Assembly: GCF_006345805.1 (NCBI RefSeq)
Contig: NC_043008.1
Coordinates: 20,708,001-20,772,000, forward strand
DNA: 64,000 nt
Origin: Octopus sinensis
Lineage: Eukaryota
Reading direction: 5' to 3'
Shown here: piece by piece, positions 1 through 12,215 of the stretch
Layout of the letters: the number at the start of each line of letters is the position of its first letter
Numbering within the stretch: position 1 is the first letter of the stretch
Translations under genes and position numbers: made by a program
Notes under the pieces: model-generated
What the model was told of the DNA's origin: nothing
Database searches by the model: none
Seen by the model: only the letters and a program-made list of their open reading frames with translations

Positions 1-541
1 TTGTTTTCCTACTGTCACAGTGGTATACTAATTTTACCCTTATAACATATACAATACTTTGCATGTGTAATCTAATGTATCAAAAGGAAGCTATCATAAT
101 TACAATTAGTTAATGATGTGTTGCTTTAGTAAGATTAATAATGCGCTGCACAAGCAATTCTTTTGATCTAGATGAAAATACAAAATTAATTAGATATGAT
201 CAAAGCCATCCAACTAGGAGGACTAATACTCATTAGTAATCAAATGACATGCTATAAAGCAGAAATACATACTCTATGTTCTGTTACAGGTGTTGTGTGT
301 TTTTTTGTTTATTTTTATTTTATTGAATTCTTGGATATATATATATATATATATATATGTCCCTATATCAAACTGAGATAAATATCTCCACGAAAATGTC
401 ATGTGTAGGGAAAATAATAACGGAGGTAGACTTGATAAATCTTACATATTTTAACAGGAATTTTTTTGTAATATGTAAAAGTAAAAATGAAAACTTTATG
501 TTGTTTTATTCAATAGGCAGAAGTACGAAATTCTTTAGGTG

Positions 542-808
542 AATGGGCCCGGGAACAGGGTGGTGCAAGCGCACCGCCTAACATTTCTGGGGGTTGCAAA
601 ATCAAAATTTGCACCCCTACTTGCTTTTCTCAGGTTTAGAAAATAAGATGCATAAAGTGGTCTATAAAAAATAGTTTGAAGTTAGGTTTCTCCTCAGAGA
701 ACAAAGAATAACAATATATAAAAAAAAAACAATAATACCTTCATTGTAAAAAACATGTTGGGCCCCTAGGTTTGCACCTCTTATGAAAATTTCGTTCTCG
801 AGCCGGTG
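542..808. mobile_element. Degenerate MITE, possibly hAT-like
   Basis: Imperfect 15-bp terminal inverted repeats (AATGGGCCCGGGAAC / GTTCTCGAGCCGGTG), an internal GGGGTTGCAAA..TTTGCACCCC hairpin, and 8-bp flanks TTTAGGTG / TCTAGCTA matching at 5 of 8. Confidence 0.3.
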
Positions 809-959
809 TCTAGCTATGAATATATAAAATTACGTTAGCTGGACGTAGTTGCATCCAATACGTTTGTACATTGGAATAAGATTTGCTAATTTCCCTTGTT
901 TATTAGAATATTAAATGTGAGTTTCTTTTATGAAAAGGGAAATCAACGATTTACATATT

Positions 960-1095
960 CTGATTTCAAATACTGCCGAGGTTGCCTTTGCCTTTCATCT
1001 ATTCTGGGATCGATGAAATAGCACCAGATCGAGCGCTGGAATCGATGTGATTATCGACCTTCCCCAAATTTCAGACATTGTCCCCATAGTATAAA
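960..1095 (+). mobile_element. Old SINE B/C-family fragment
   Basis: TTCAAATACTGCCGAGGTTGCCTTTGCCTTTCATC and ...CCAAATTTCAGACATTGTCCCCATAGTATAAAGG resemble the C-type copies at 7313 and 29505. Confidence 0.5.
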
Positions 1096-1651
1096 GGATT
1101 ATTTTTGTCATTTTAGTTTCCGAACATTTTATCAAAATCCCGATTCTGTGCTAATATTTTTAACATTGCTCTGTTATCCACCTAAAATTATCAATACGTT
1201 TCTTCTGCTGCTACTGTCACGCTGTAATCTTCAGAAATATCCTTATCAAAGAAACTTGGAAAATATCCAGAATTCAAAAAATAAATATTTGTAACTTAAT
1301 TAACTATGCTGTAAATATATTGTAAAAATATCCAGTAGAGAACTAGACAACTGAGAAACAGGAGGTTAGGATTGCTACTCCTGGAAGGCTGTCAAATCTG
1401 TTCTTCAAACATTCAATATGCCGTTTGTCTATACAGTTATCCTAATGGAAATATATGTCTATATGATTCAAAAAATAGGTTCGTATTTCTTTGGGGGAAA
1501 TGTCTTCTCTTTTACAATAACCTTGCATAAACTTGTAACATTTCAACGGATTTTTGTAAGCAAATATTTTACAAAAGTCCGTCATGTGCATATGTGTGTA
1601 CATACATACATATGTACACACGTATGTACACACACACACACACACACACAC

Positions 1652-1692
<41 letters not shown>

Positions 1693-2082
1693 AATATATA
1701 ATAGAAATATATTACAAAAAGAAAATAGAAACTACACGTGGAAATGTAAGGGGAAAATACGAAAAATCAACGAAAATGCACGTTGTAAATAAATTAAGAA
1801 AAGGCTTTTTATGAAAGGTAACGACAGATATATATATATTTAGATGAACTGAGGTAGTAATAAAAGTAATAAAAGTCATAAAATCATTATGATATATATA
1901 TATATACATACTTACACACGCAGACACACGCACACATGCATACACACACACTCACCATCTATTATGTGTTATATGTCAGTGTATGTGTATGTTTATGTTC
2001 AGATCTTAAACTGTGTAACGACAAAGAGTTTGAAGGAGAATCATATTTGTTAAAATACTCCAAGTTGCATACGTTTCCTTAC

Positions 2083-2318
2083 CTCTGATGCACTAAACAA
2101 GTAACTGACCCATCGAAATGTTATGACCAGCAATGGGATTGGTCGCAGATTTCTATATCCGTTGGATGTTTTTTAAACTGCAAAATTATTTCTTTCTATA
2201 ACAATTGTCTAGTCTGGTAAAATGTTTTTTAATTAAGTGGAATTTAAATTTCTCAGGATATACCTTGCTGGCGATTTCAAAAAATGAATGAATTTGTTCT
2301 ATACAGGTCAACAAATGA
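2083..2318 (-). pseudogene. Decayed exon-like segment of the putative long pseudogene
   Basis: Minus-strand acceptor TAAATTTTTTAG at 2319-2320 and donor GAG|GTAAGG at 2081-2082; peptides HLLTCIEQIHSFFEIASKVYPEKFKF and DIEICDQSHCWS*HFDGSVTC with a stop and a frameshift. Confidence 0.4.
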
Positions 2319-3094
2319 CTAAAAAATTTAAGGTACTTATAACATGTAGGAAACATATTAACTTAATCTTTTATGTAAACCTTCTTCTTTGATGTTTGAT
2401 TAAAAATTCATACTTACAATCTAGCGTAACTTAACCTAGAAACGATTATCTTTTTTATGATAGACATATACATGTACAACCATCTGATATACATGTAGAA
2501 ATATACATGTAGATCCATCTGATATCAAGTTAAGGATTAGATTAACATGCTGACGCTGTTGTGCTTCTTATTAAGGCAACCAGTTCATATTTTCAGAAAT
2601 CCTTCTGTGAACTCAAAATCCTTTAAGTCACTACCAATCCTCCGCCTTTTAGATGCAATCAGGACTTCCTACTTAACTAGCGGTGATAAAATTTCGCAAA
2701 GAGAGAGTTGATTGAAATGGCCGATATACATTACTGTTTTACTGACTATGGAGGGCGTTAAAATACTCAGTCAACATCAGTAGGCTTCAAACCCAGAACG
2801 TAAATGGATGCAGCTATCAGAGTGTAACGATTGAGTGCAACTTACGAGACATTGAGCCTGTTTTGGCATCCGTAAGTTTTGTCAATAGAGGAAAACAACA
2901 CTCCCACGAAACACACACACACACAGGCACGCAGAAATATACTCAGACGAGTAAAAAGCAGAGAGAGAGAGAGAGAGAGAGATTGCACATACATACAAAC
3001 ATAACTAGATGCTCAAACGCATACACAGAGAATGAGAGAGTGGCAGAGGCATTTCATATACATAGAAAAATAAGCTGATGCTTTCAGGCACATG

Positions 3095-3112
3095 TTGTTG
3101 TTGTTGTTGTTG

Positions 3113-3156
<44 letters not shown>
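3095..3156. repeat. (TTG)n(TTA)n microsatellite at the 3' junction of the LINE
   Basis: Read directly. Confidence 0.95.
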
Positions 3157-5248
3157 GAGTAGTTTTATTTTTATAGCGTGCTTTCACTTCACTACCGAGC
3201 GCAGCTCTGTGTGCCTTGGGTATGTGCTGTGATTTGTTGTGATGCTCTGATGGTTATTGTATGGAAAGTGTTCTGCGTAGGATGTGTGCAGTGCCTAGTA
3301 GTGCAATTTTCTGTATGTTATATGTGTTTGTAAGTCCTGGTGTTTTTGTTATGTATTTGTCTGAATATTTGTTTATCATGCCTAATGCACCTACTATGAT
3401 AGGAATTGTTTCTGTTTTCAGGTTCCACATTCTAGTTATCTCTATTTCCAGGTCTTTGTATTTTGAGAGTTTCTCCATTTCTTTTAGAGACATGTTGTCA
3501 TCTGCCGGTATTGATACATCAATTAGAAAGCATTTTTTTTCTTGATGATCTCTGACGACTATATCTGGTCTGTTGGCCTTAATTTCTCTATCTGTGTGTA
3601 TCGGCATATCCCAGAGTATGGTTGCTTTCTCGTTTTCTGTGACCTTTTCTGGTGTGTGCCTATACCATCTTTTTTCTGTTGTTATTCCATAATGTTGGCA
3701 TAGCTTCCAATGTATGTAGGTTCCAACTCTGTCATGTCTGTGAATATATTCCTTCTTAGCCAGGACTGGGCAGCTAGAGATAATATGATTTATTGTTTCT
3801 TGTCCATCTCCACATATTCTGCAGTTACTTGTAATATTTCTTTTCATTACATGTTTTTGTAATTTCTGGTGGGGAGGCTTTGGTCTTGTGCTGCAATTAA
3901 AAATCCCTCTGTCTCTGCTTTGAGTCCTGAGCTTCTCAACCATTGCTGGGATTTTTCTTTGTCTATTTCTTTTGCGTTTAGTTTAGTGCAGTATTTACCA
4001 TGCAGGGGCTTTTCTTGCCATCGTTTTATCATGGCTCGTTGCTGTTCTATTTTTAGTTTGGATTTCATTTGTTTTATAGCTTTTGTTGTTTCTTCATCAT
4101 CTTCTTCTTCTTCTTTGTGTTTATTAGGTGGTATGATTTCTTGTTTGTATTTGTCAGCTTCCTTAAATACTGAGAACAGTTTTTGTTTTGCTCGTGTTTT
4201 GCTGCTATCTGGATCAGTTTTCCTTCCTTCTGAAGTAGGTATTTTTGCAGTCCTATGGTGGTTATTTTATAGTAGTTTTCCAGCTGTATAAGGCCTCTAC
4301 CACCTTCTATACATTGTATATATAGTCTTTCTATGTCAGATTTTGGGTGATGCATCCTAGATCCTGTCGGTTTTTTCTTGTTTTCCTATCTATTTTGGAC
4401 AGTTCATTTCGTGTCCAGTTAAGGATATTGTAGCTGTAACTTATAACTGGGACAGCTAAAGTGTTGATACCTATTATTTTGCTTTTAGCATTGAGCTCTG
4501 TTTTTAGTATTGATCTAACTCGTCTATAATATTCTTTTTTTATTTTCTCTTTCATTTGTGTGTGTTGTGTCTTATCTAGTTCATGGATTCCTAAGTATTT
4601 GTAAGTTTGGCTTTGGTCTAATTATTTTATTTCATTGGTTTTATCTAGTGTGATGTTGTTACTCTTAACTAGTTTTCCTCTTTTCATGGTTACTTTGGCG
4701 CATTTTTCTAATCCAAATTTCATATCTATTTCTTTGGTAAATCCATGAACTGTCTTTAATAGTGTTTCCAGCTGTTTGTCATTTGCAGCGTATAGTTTTA
4801 GGTCATCCATATATAAAAGGTGGCTGATCGTTTTGCCGTAACATTTATATCCGCATCCAGTTCTATTTAGCATATCAGATAGAGGTGACAGTGCCAAGCA
4901 GAAAAGGAGTGGAGAGAGCGTGTCTCCCTGGAATATTCCTCTTCTAATGGGGATGTCTTTGGTTTTCATGAGTCCCTCTTTGTTTTGAGGTGTAGGACTG
5001 TTTGCCATTTATTCATAGAGTGCTCTATGAATTTTATGATTGTTGGTGCTACTTTGTTAATGGCTAGTGTTTCGAGGATCCATGTGTGGGGGATGCTATC
5101 AAATGCCTTTTTGTAGTCAATCCAGGCCATACTGAGGCCTTTCTTCTTTCTGTGGCTGTCTTCAGTTACGGCTTTATTAATCATTAGTTGATCTTTACAG
5201 CCATACGAGCCCTTGCGGCATCCTTTCTGCTCTTCTGGGAACAGTTGT
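3157..5248 (-). mobile_element. R4/Dong-clade non-LTR retrotransposon, family X, 5'-truncated and frameshifted (RT + CCHC finger + restriction-like endonuclease)
   Basis: Split ORFs contain AWIDYKKAFDSIPH, GIFQGDTLSPLLF, HLLYMDDLKLYA, FGLEKC, MHHPKSDIERLY..EGGRGL, CRICGDGQETINHIISSC..RHDRV and RPDIVV..LIDVSIP; TAA repeats at both ends. Confidence 0.93.
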
Positions 5249-5261
5249 TATTATTATTATT

Positions 5262-5717
5262 CTATGTTTGACTTTTGCTTTATATTTGTACAAGTTGGCT
5301 CCAAGTCTCACCCAGAGACCTCAAGAGACAACAGGGTTGGAAGTTCATGTTGTTGTTATGCCTAGTGTGCCATATATTTGGGGGGTGGGGATGTTGTACT
5401 AATGAATGTCTAAAAAAAAAAGGTTTTTTTTTTGTTTTTTTTTTTAAACCGAAAATTATGTTTGTTTTAAACCTTGAGATTACATAGAGAGTATTTTGCG
5501 TAGGATATGAGCAGTTCCCATGAGCACTATCTTTTGAACTTCTGCCATTTTTGGGTTTCCTGGTATCTGAGTTAGGTAGCTATCAGCCCCTTTTGCTATC
5601 ATTCCCAGGGCACCTATGACAACAGGTATTGTTTTAGTCTTCAGCTTCCACATTTTGCTGATTTCTATTTCAAGATCTTTATATTTGCTCAGTTTCTGGT
5701 AGGTCTTGACAGATACG

Positions 5718-5718
<1 letters not shown>
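5262..5718 (-). mobile_element. R4/Dong-clade LINE 3' end, family Y (different 3' UTR)
   Basis: Minus strand reads KLSKYKDLEIEISKMWKLKTKTIPVVIGALGMIAKG..GTAHILRKIL followed by a UTR unlike family X; TAA on both sides. Confidence 0.85.
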
Positions 5719-5750
<32 letters not shown>

Positions 5751-5772
5751 ATTATTATTATTATTATTATTA

Positions 5773-5853
<81 letters not shown>

Positions 5854-5861
5854 GATTATTA

Positions 5862-5935
<74 letters not shown>
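5719..5935. repeat. (TTA)n microsatellite
   Basis: Read directly. Confidence 0.97.
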
Positions 5936-5938
<3 letters not shown>

Positions 5939-6807
5939 TAGTCTTATTTTTATAACGTGCTTTCACTGCACTATCGGGCGCAGCTCTGTGTGCCTTGGAA
6001 ATATGTGCTGTATTTTCTTGTGCTGCTCTTATAGTAACTGTATTGAAAGTGTTTTACGTAGGGTGTGTGTGGTGCCTAGTAGTGTTATTTTCTGTTTGTT
6101 ATATATGTTTTTTTAGTCCTGGTGTTTTTATGTAATTGTCTGAATATTTTTGTGTTATACCTAATACACCAACTATGATAGGAATTGTTTCTGTTTTTAG
6201 ACTCCACATTCGAGTTACCTCTATTTCTAGGTATTTGTATTTTGAAAGCTTCTCCATGTCTTTTAGAGGAACATTGTCATGTGTTGGTAGTGATACCTCA
6301 GTTAGAAAGCATTTTTTCTTCATGATCTCTGACAACTATATCTAGCCTACTGGCCTTAAGTTTTCTATGTTTTTCATAGTATTGTTGCTTTCTCATTTTC
6401 TGTGACCCTTTCTGGCGTGTGCCTAGACCATCTTTTTTGTGTTATTATTCCATAGCGTTAGCGTTGTTTTCAGTGTATCTAGGTCCTAACTTTGCCGTGT
6501 GTGTGAATATATTCCTTCTTAGGAGACAATATGATTTACTGTTTCTTGTCTATCTCCACATATTCTGCTGTAACTTCTTATGTTTCTTTCTATAATATGT
6601 AATTTATGGTGGGGAGGCTTTGGTCTTGGGCTGCAATTAAAAATCTTTCAGTCTCTGCTTTCAGTCTTGAGCTTCTCCGCTATTGTTGGGATTTTGTTTT
6701 ATCTATTTCTTTTGCGTTTATTTTAACCCGGTATTTGCAATGGAGGGCCTTTTCTTGCCCTCGTTTTATTATGTCCGTTGCTGTTCTAGTTTTATTTTGG
6801 ATTTCAT
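5936..6807 (-). mobile_element. R4/Dong-clade LINE family X, second diverged 3' copy
   Basis: Aligns by eye with 3157-4070 (same 3' UTR GCGCAGCTCTGTGTGCCTTG); peptide LSKYKYLEIEVTRMWSLKTETIPIIVG. Confidence 0.88.
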
Positions 6808-6816
6808 TATTATTAT

Positions 6817-7183
6817 AGGATTGACTTTTGCTTTGTATTTGCACCAGCTGTCTCCAAGTCTCACCCAAAGGCTTCAAGAGACAACAAGTTAAAAGTTCAA
6901 GTTGATGTTATGACTAGGGTGCCGTATATGAGGTTTTGCACAAAGTATTATTCTAGAGAATTTATAAGAAAACATAAGAAAATTATAAGTTGGTTTTAAA
7001 ATTTGAGATTACATAGGGATATTTTACGTGAGATATGGGCAGTTCTCATGAGCACTATCATCTGAATCTCTGCAATTTTTGGATTTCCTGGTATCTGAGC
7101 TAGGTAACAAACAGCCCCTTTTGCTATCATTCTTAGGACCTTATGACAACAGGCATTGTTTTAGTCATGAGGTTCCACATTTC

Positions 7184-7184
<1 letters not shown>
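6817..7184 (-). mobile_element. R4/Dong-clade LINE family Y, second 3' copy
   Basis: Matches 5262-5660 (CCAAGTCTCACCCA..AAGAGACAACA; CAGCCCCTTTTGCTATCATTC). Confidence 0.8.
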
Positions 7185-7252
<68 letters not shown>

Positions 7253-7312
7253 AAGAAGAAGAAGAAGAAGAAGAAGAAGAAGAAGAAGAAGAAGAAGAAG
7301 AAGAAGAAGAAG
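7185..7312. repeat. (ATA)n then (AAG)n compound microsatellite
   Basis: Read directly. Confidence 0.97.
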
Positions 7313-7530
7313 AATGCTTTCTACCAAAGGCACAAGGCTTGAAGTTGGGTGGGGTAGTGTGTTACTCTATTACATCGACCGTATTACTCAACTGGTACTT
7401 TTTTTATCAATCTCGAAAGGATGAAAGGAAAGGTCAACCTCAGCAGAATTTGAATTCAGAAGTGGAAAAACGGACAAAATGTTACTAAGCAATTTTTCCG
7501 GCGTACTAACGATTCTGCCATCTCGCCACC
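7313..7530 (-). mobile_element. tRNA-derived SINE, C-type (B head, CCTTGTGCCT tail)
   Basis: Minus strand starts GGTGGCGAGATGGCAGAATCGTTAG; B-box-like GAATTCAAATT; embedded in triplet repeats. Confidence 0.8.
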
Positions 7531-7561
<31 letters not shown>

Positions 7562-7586
7562 CAAAAACAACAACAACAACAACAAC

Positions 7587-7678
<92 letters not shown>

Positions 7679-7690
7679 CAATAACGGTAA
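7531..7690. repeat. (AAT)n/(AAC)n microsatellite
   Basis: Read directly. Confidence 0.97.
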
Positions 7691-8181
7691 TACGAAAACG
7701 TATCAAGTTTGTCATAAAGCAATCTTCGTTTATCTTGTAATTTAACAGGATGCAGAAAGATAATAATTTGTATAATTTTAAATAATTTATATGAAACATG
7801 ATAGACCAACCCATTAGTAATATAATAAGAAACAATCAGATGTAATTGCATTGCAAGTTAAGTTATTTGCATGTGTAAGTAATGATTTGGCTAAAACTAA
7901 TCATCATTTCTAATGGAGAAATTTAATTACGTATATAATCTTTAATTGACAAGTTTTAGATTTTAGTAATTATTGGATAATTAGATAGAATTTCTGCTCG
8001 AAATTTTTAGATCAAATGGAAAGTGTTTGTCCTTCTCATTTGTTGAAGTATCGGCCAATCTGATGGGGTGTATGTTGCTATGATTCGCTACAATAGCAAC
8101 AGACGTTTGAAAATTATCGGAAATTGCGCATACAATAATATGGTCTATTACATGATTATCTAAAGCATATTTACACATACT

Positions 8182-8565
8182 GGCGCAGGAGTGGCTGTGT
8201 GGTAAGTAGCTTGCTAACCAACCACATGGTTCCGGGTTCAGTCCCATTGCGTGGCATCCTGGCCAAGTGTCTTCTGCTATAGCCCCGGGCCGACCAATGC
8301 CTTGTGAGTGGATTTGGTAGACGGAAACTGAAAGAAGCCTGTCGTATATATGTATATATATGTATATATGTGTGTGTGTGTTTGTCCCTCTAGCATTGCT
8401 TGACAACCGATGCTGGTGTGTTTGCGTCCCCGTCACTTAGCGGTTCGGCAAAAAGAGACCGATAGAATAAGTACTGGGCTTACAAAGAATAAGTCCCGAC
8501 TGGGGGCGGTGCTCCAGCGTGGCCGCAGTCAAATGACTGAAACAAGTAAAAGAGTAAAAAGAGTA
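8182..8565 (+). mobile_element. SINE family A, full length
   Basis: Head GGCGCAGGAGTGGCTGTGTGG (A box) and GGTTCAGTCCC (B box), internal (TA)(TG) tract, (AAAGAGT)n tail; about 20 related copies in the window. Confidence 0.9.
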
Positions 8566-8934
8566 ATGCAGTGGAACAGGCAGCTGTGTGCTCATCCTTG
8601 TTTACGTTGTGCTCTTTTCTGTTTTAGGCATTTGAAGTTGCCACTGACAAATGAGTTGGTTTCGAATAGAGGTACAAATCTCCATCGCTGGCGATTTCCC
8701 CCTTGCTGTGTGGGTTTGAACTGCTTTTAGAAATTGTAATAACAATTATCACAATCATTATAACCATCAACTCGATCACTATCATTACAATTATTACGAC
8801 GGTTATCATCATTATCATCCTCCTGATCGTCATTGTGACCTAGTATTAGATCTTTAGATACCCTTGCAACATTTCTTCTAACAAGAATCTTCCTTGGTGA
8901 TCTCAAGTGGAAAACAAAGCAATAAATATTCTCT

Positions 8935-9325
8935 TCTACTCTAGACATACGGCCTTAAATTTTGCGGGAGGGGGCTAGACCAATATATCGACCCCAGAAC
9001 GTACCTAGTACTAAATTTATTGAACCCTGAAAGGATGAGAAGCAAAGTAGACCTCGGCGGAATTTGAATTCAGTACGTGTTGGCAGACGAAATACCTATT
9101 TCTTTACTACCCACAAGGGGCTAAACACAGAGGGGACAAACAAGGACCGACAAATGTATTAAGTCGATTTATCGACTCCAGTGCGTAACTGCTGCTTAAT
9201 TTATCGAACCCGAAAGTATGAAAGGCAAAGTCGACCTCGGCGGAATTTGAACTCAGAACAAAGCGGCAGACGAAATACCACTAAGCATTTTGCCCGGCGT
9301 GCTAATGTTTCTGCCAGCTCGCCGC
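8935..9325 (-). mobile_element. SINE B joined head-to-tail to a headless C-type copy
   Basis: Full B copy 9096-9325; the second unit starts at GTATTTCGTCTGCC at the junction near 9096. Confidence 0.85.
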
Positions 9326-9948
9326 GTTATAGAGAATCATATATTGCAATTAAGTGGTATGAAACGACTCAGTCAGTGACCAGTCCTCATTGTAGTATCA
9401 CGGTTTTGTTTTACAAACACATTGCCATTTTATCGCTGAAGACACTTAAAAAACGTTGCAGTGATTACAGAGGAATTTTATTGATTACTGTATCTTTGTT
9501 GGTCGCGCAACCAAATGCTATACCTAGAATCAAATATGAAAAAAAAAAGCCATATGTACACAGAAAAGATTTAAAACAACATAAACAATGAAACTCACAG
9601 TGACAGAATAAAAAGAGAATTATATGCAAAAATGTGTTATTATTTTGTATAGAGAAAAAGAACGAAACATTGACAATGTCTTGAAGCGAAGAAAGAAAGA
9701 AAATATTTGAAGATAATTTTGTTTTCTTTTATTTTCTTATTGATAAATGAATATATAAAAAATAAACTGACATAGAATATCTGATACAATTACTTGTAGA
9801 TAAATGTATTACGAAAGAATGGATTAGTGAAAGCGAAAATATTTTTTTATCGAATATTATTCATAATTTTTGCTCTCCGTTACCAACAAATGCAACCCAT
9901 TTGAAATCCATATGAAATTCCCAAATACACAAATCGACAAATATTTAC

Positions 9949-10214
9949 TTTGTGCATAAATGAAAACCAAGGAAGGCGAATAATTATATCAATGTACACA
10001 GAGTAAATTTATGTTGAGTCGAATTGGCAACTCGGTATCAGTTTTTGTATGAAGCCATCTTAATTCGTTTATGTTTTTGATAAAGGGTACAGCTATCAAC
10101 GGAACAATATTTCATTGCAGCACCCATGGAATAATTTACAGTTCAGCAGTAATTCCGACATTATGTATGGGATAAAAACAAACGATACGCAGATCATTAA
10201 CGAAGATTCTCTCA
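9949..10214 (-). pseudogene. Decayed exon-like segment resembling the C-terminal end of an F5/8 type C domain
   Basis: Acceptor TTGTATCATTCTAG (10215-10216) and donor AAA|GTAAAT (9947-9948); peptide ERIFVNDLRIVCFYPIHNVGITAEL then, after a 1-nt shift, KLFHGC. Confidence 0.5.
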
Positions 10215-10584
10215 CTAGAATGATACAAATTAGTTATCATTGACAATATGTCCCTCAGCACACTTAACGCTACCGGAATGCCTTCCGGTCTTCTGCACTC
10301 GCTGGGTCTATATTAAGTACTAGCAAGCCCAGCACATGATCCTCTCTTTCTATATTTCACGTCTACTCTTTCAGTCCTAAACTTCCCCCTCTCTTTGTCT
10401 TGTTCTCTCACTAACACACACACGTATTCACACACATACACACACACATGTACACACATACAAACTCACACACAAAACACTCACGCATACACACGTTCAT
10501 GCTATATACTTAAACCAATAACTGCTTGATTGTTATACAATTTCCAGAAGCCTTTTCTAGTCCATAGTTGTAACAGTGAAGCAA

Positions 10585-10902
10585 TCTCTTTACTCTCTTT
10601 TACTCTTTTACTTGTTTCAGTCATTTGACTGTGGCCATACTGGAGCACTGCCTTTCAGACGAGCGAATCGACCCCAGGACCTATTCTTTGTAAGTCTAGT
10701 ACTTATTCTATCGCTCTCTTTTGTTGAATCGCTAAGTTACGGGGACGTAACACACCAGCATCGGTTGTCAAGCAACGTTGGAAGGACAAACACAAACACA
10801 CAAACGTATACATACACACATACATATATATGACAGGCTTCTTTCAGTTTCCGTCTACCAAATCCACTCACAAGGCTTTGGTCGGCCCGAAGCTATAGTA
10901 GA
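10585..10902 (-). mobile_element. SINE family A, 5'-truncated
   Basis: (TACTCTTT)n tail and A body; head missing. Confidence 0.88.
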
Positions 10903-10904
10903 GT

Positions 10905-11310
10905 GAGGGAAAACTCGACAGCTTAGTCCAGTCTGTCCGTATTTTTTTCACTTGGTGATAACACTTGGAAAATTTGTCAGAAAAGAGGGCATATGCATAT
11001 CAAATGCTGAAATGTTGAAGGCTATTGAAACGGAATCTAATTATAAATACCTACAAATACTTGAGGTAGATGTGGAATCAAGCAAAATGTTATGACAGAA
11101 AAGACAAAGAAAGAGTATCGACGGGGATTGAGAAAAATATTAGACAAAATTTGATTTCGGCAATAATATTGTACGCAGTCGCAGGGGTTCAGTATAACGC
11201 GGGTATTCTGCAGCTGAGAGCGGGTGAATTAAAGGAGTTGTAAAGGAAGACAAGACATGAAGAGAGCAAATGGGGGAAGGAGACTGATAAATGTGGGAGA
11301 TTGAGTACGT
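10905..11310 (+). mobile_element. Old R4/Dong-clade RT fragment
   Basis: Degenerate frames read EKLDSLVQSVRIF, NYKYLQILE, EKTKKEYRRGLRKIL, QYNAGIL..ELKEL*RKTR and GGRRLINV. Confidence 0.75.
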
Positions 11311-11575
11311 ATCGAACACGCCAGCTTACTGACACTTTCCTCAACTCTAATCTCTAAATAAATCTTTTTTTCTCCACATTGTCTTTTCTCTGTCCATATT
11401 ATTCTTGAGAAGTTAAAATGAATATTGACTACTTTAGACACTAATATAAAGCACATTTTCTTACGTAACCTTGTCTTTGTCTTTAGAAGTTATATATTGA
11501 TGTGACAGGAATTTCAACGACAAATTCTAGGCTGTCGAATGAACATATAAACGCTCTTACATCTGCTAGAAATAA

Positions 11576-12215
11576 GACGGCGAGCTGGCAGAAACGTTAG
11601 AACGCCGGGAGAAATGCTTAGCGGTATTTCGTCTGCCGTTACGTTCTGAGTTAAAATTCTGCCAAGGTCGACTTTGCCTTTCATCCTTTCGGGGTCGATT
11701 AAATATATTTCTTTACTACCCACAAGGGGCTAAACACAGAGGGGGGACAAACAAGGACAGACAAACGGATTAAGTCGATTACATCGACCCTAGTGCGTAA
11801 CTGGTACTTAATTTATCGACCCCGAAAGGATGAAAGGCAAAGTGGACCTCGGCGGAATTTGAACCCAGAACGTAACGGCAGACGAAATACGGCTACGCAT
11901 TTCGCCCGGCGTGCTAACGTTTCTGCCAGCTCGCCGCCTTCCTTAAATAAGTTCCAGTTACGCACTGGGGTCGATATAATCGCCTTAATCCATCTGTCTC
12001 TCCTTGCTTGTCTCCTCAGTGTTTAGCCCCTTGTGGGTAGTAAAGAAATGGGTATTTCATCTGCCGCTACGTTCTGAGTTTAAATTCCGCCAAGGTCGAC
12101 TTTGCCTTTCATCGCTTCGGGGTCGATAAATTAAGTACCAGTTACTTAATCGCTTTGTCTGTCCCTGTTTGTCCCCTCTATGTTTAGCCCTTTGTGACCA
12201 ATAAAGAAATAAGAA
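11576..12215 (+). mobile_element. SINE B nest: plus-strand B dimer interrupted by a minus-strand B copy (11706-11942)
   Basis: 7-bp target-site duplication TTAAATA at 11699-11705 and 11943-11949; the host resumes and is followed by a headless second unit from 12051. Confidence 0.9.

Noticed and set aside
172-236. Possible plus-strand terminal exon (acceptor at 170-171, DENTKLIRYDQSHPTRRTNTH*)
   Set aside because: Too short, no homology recognised and no supporting upstream exon in the window
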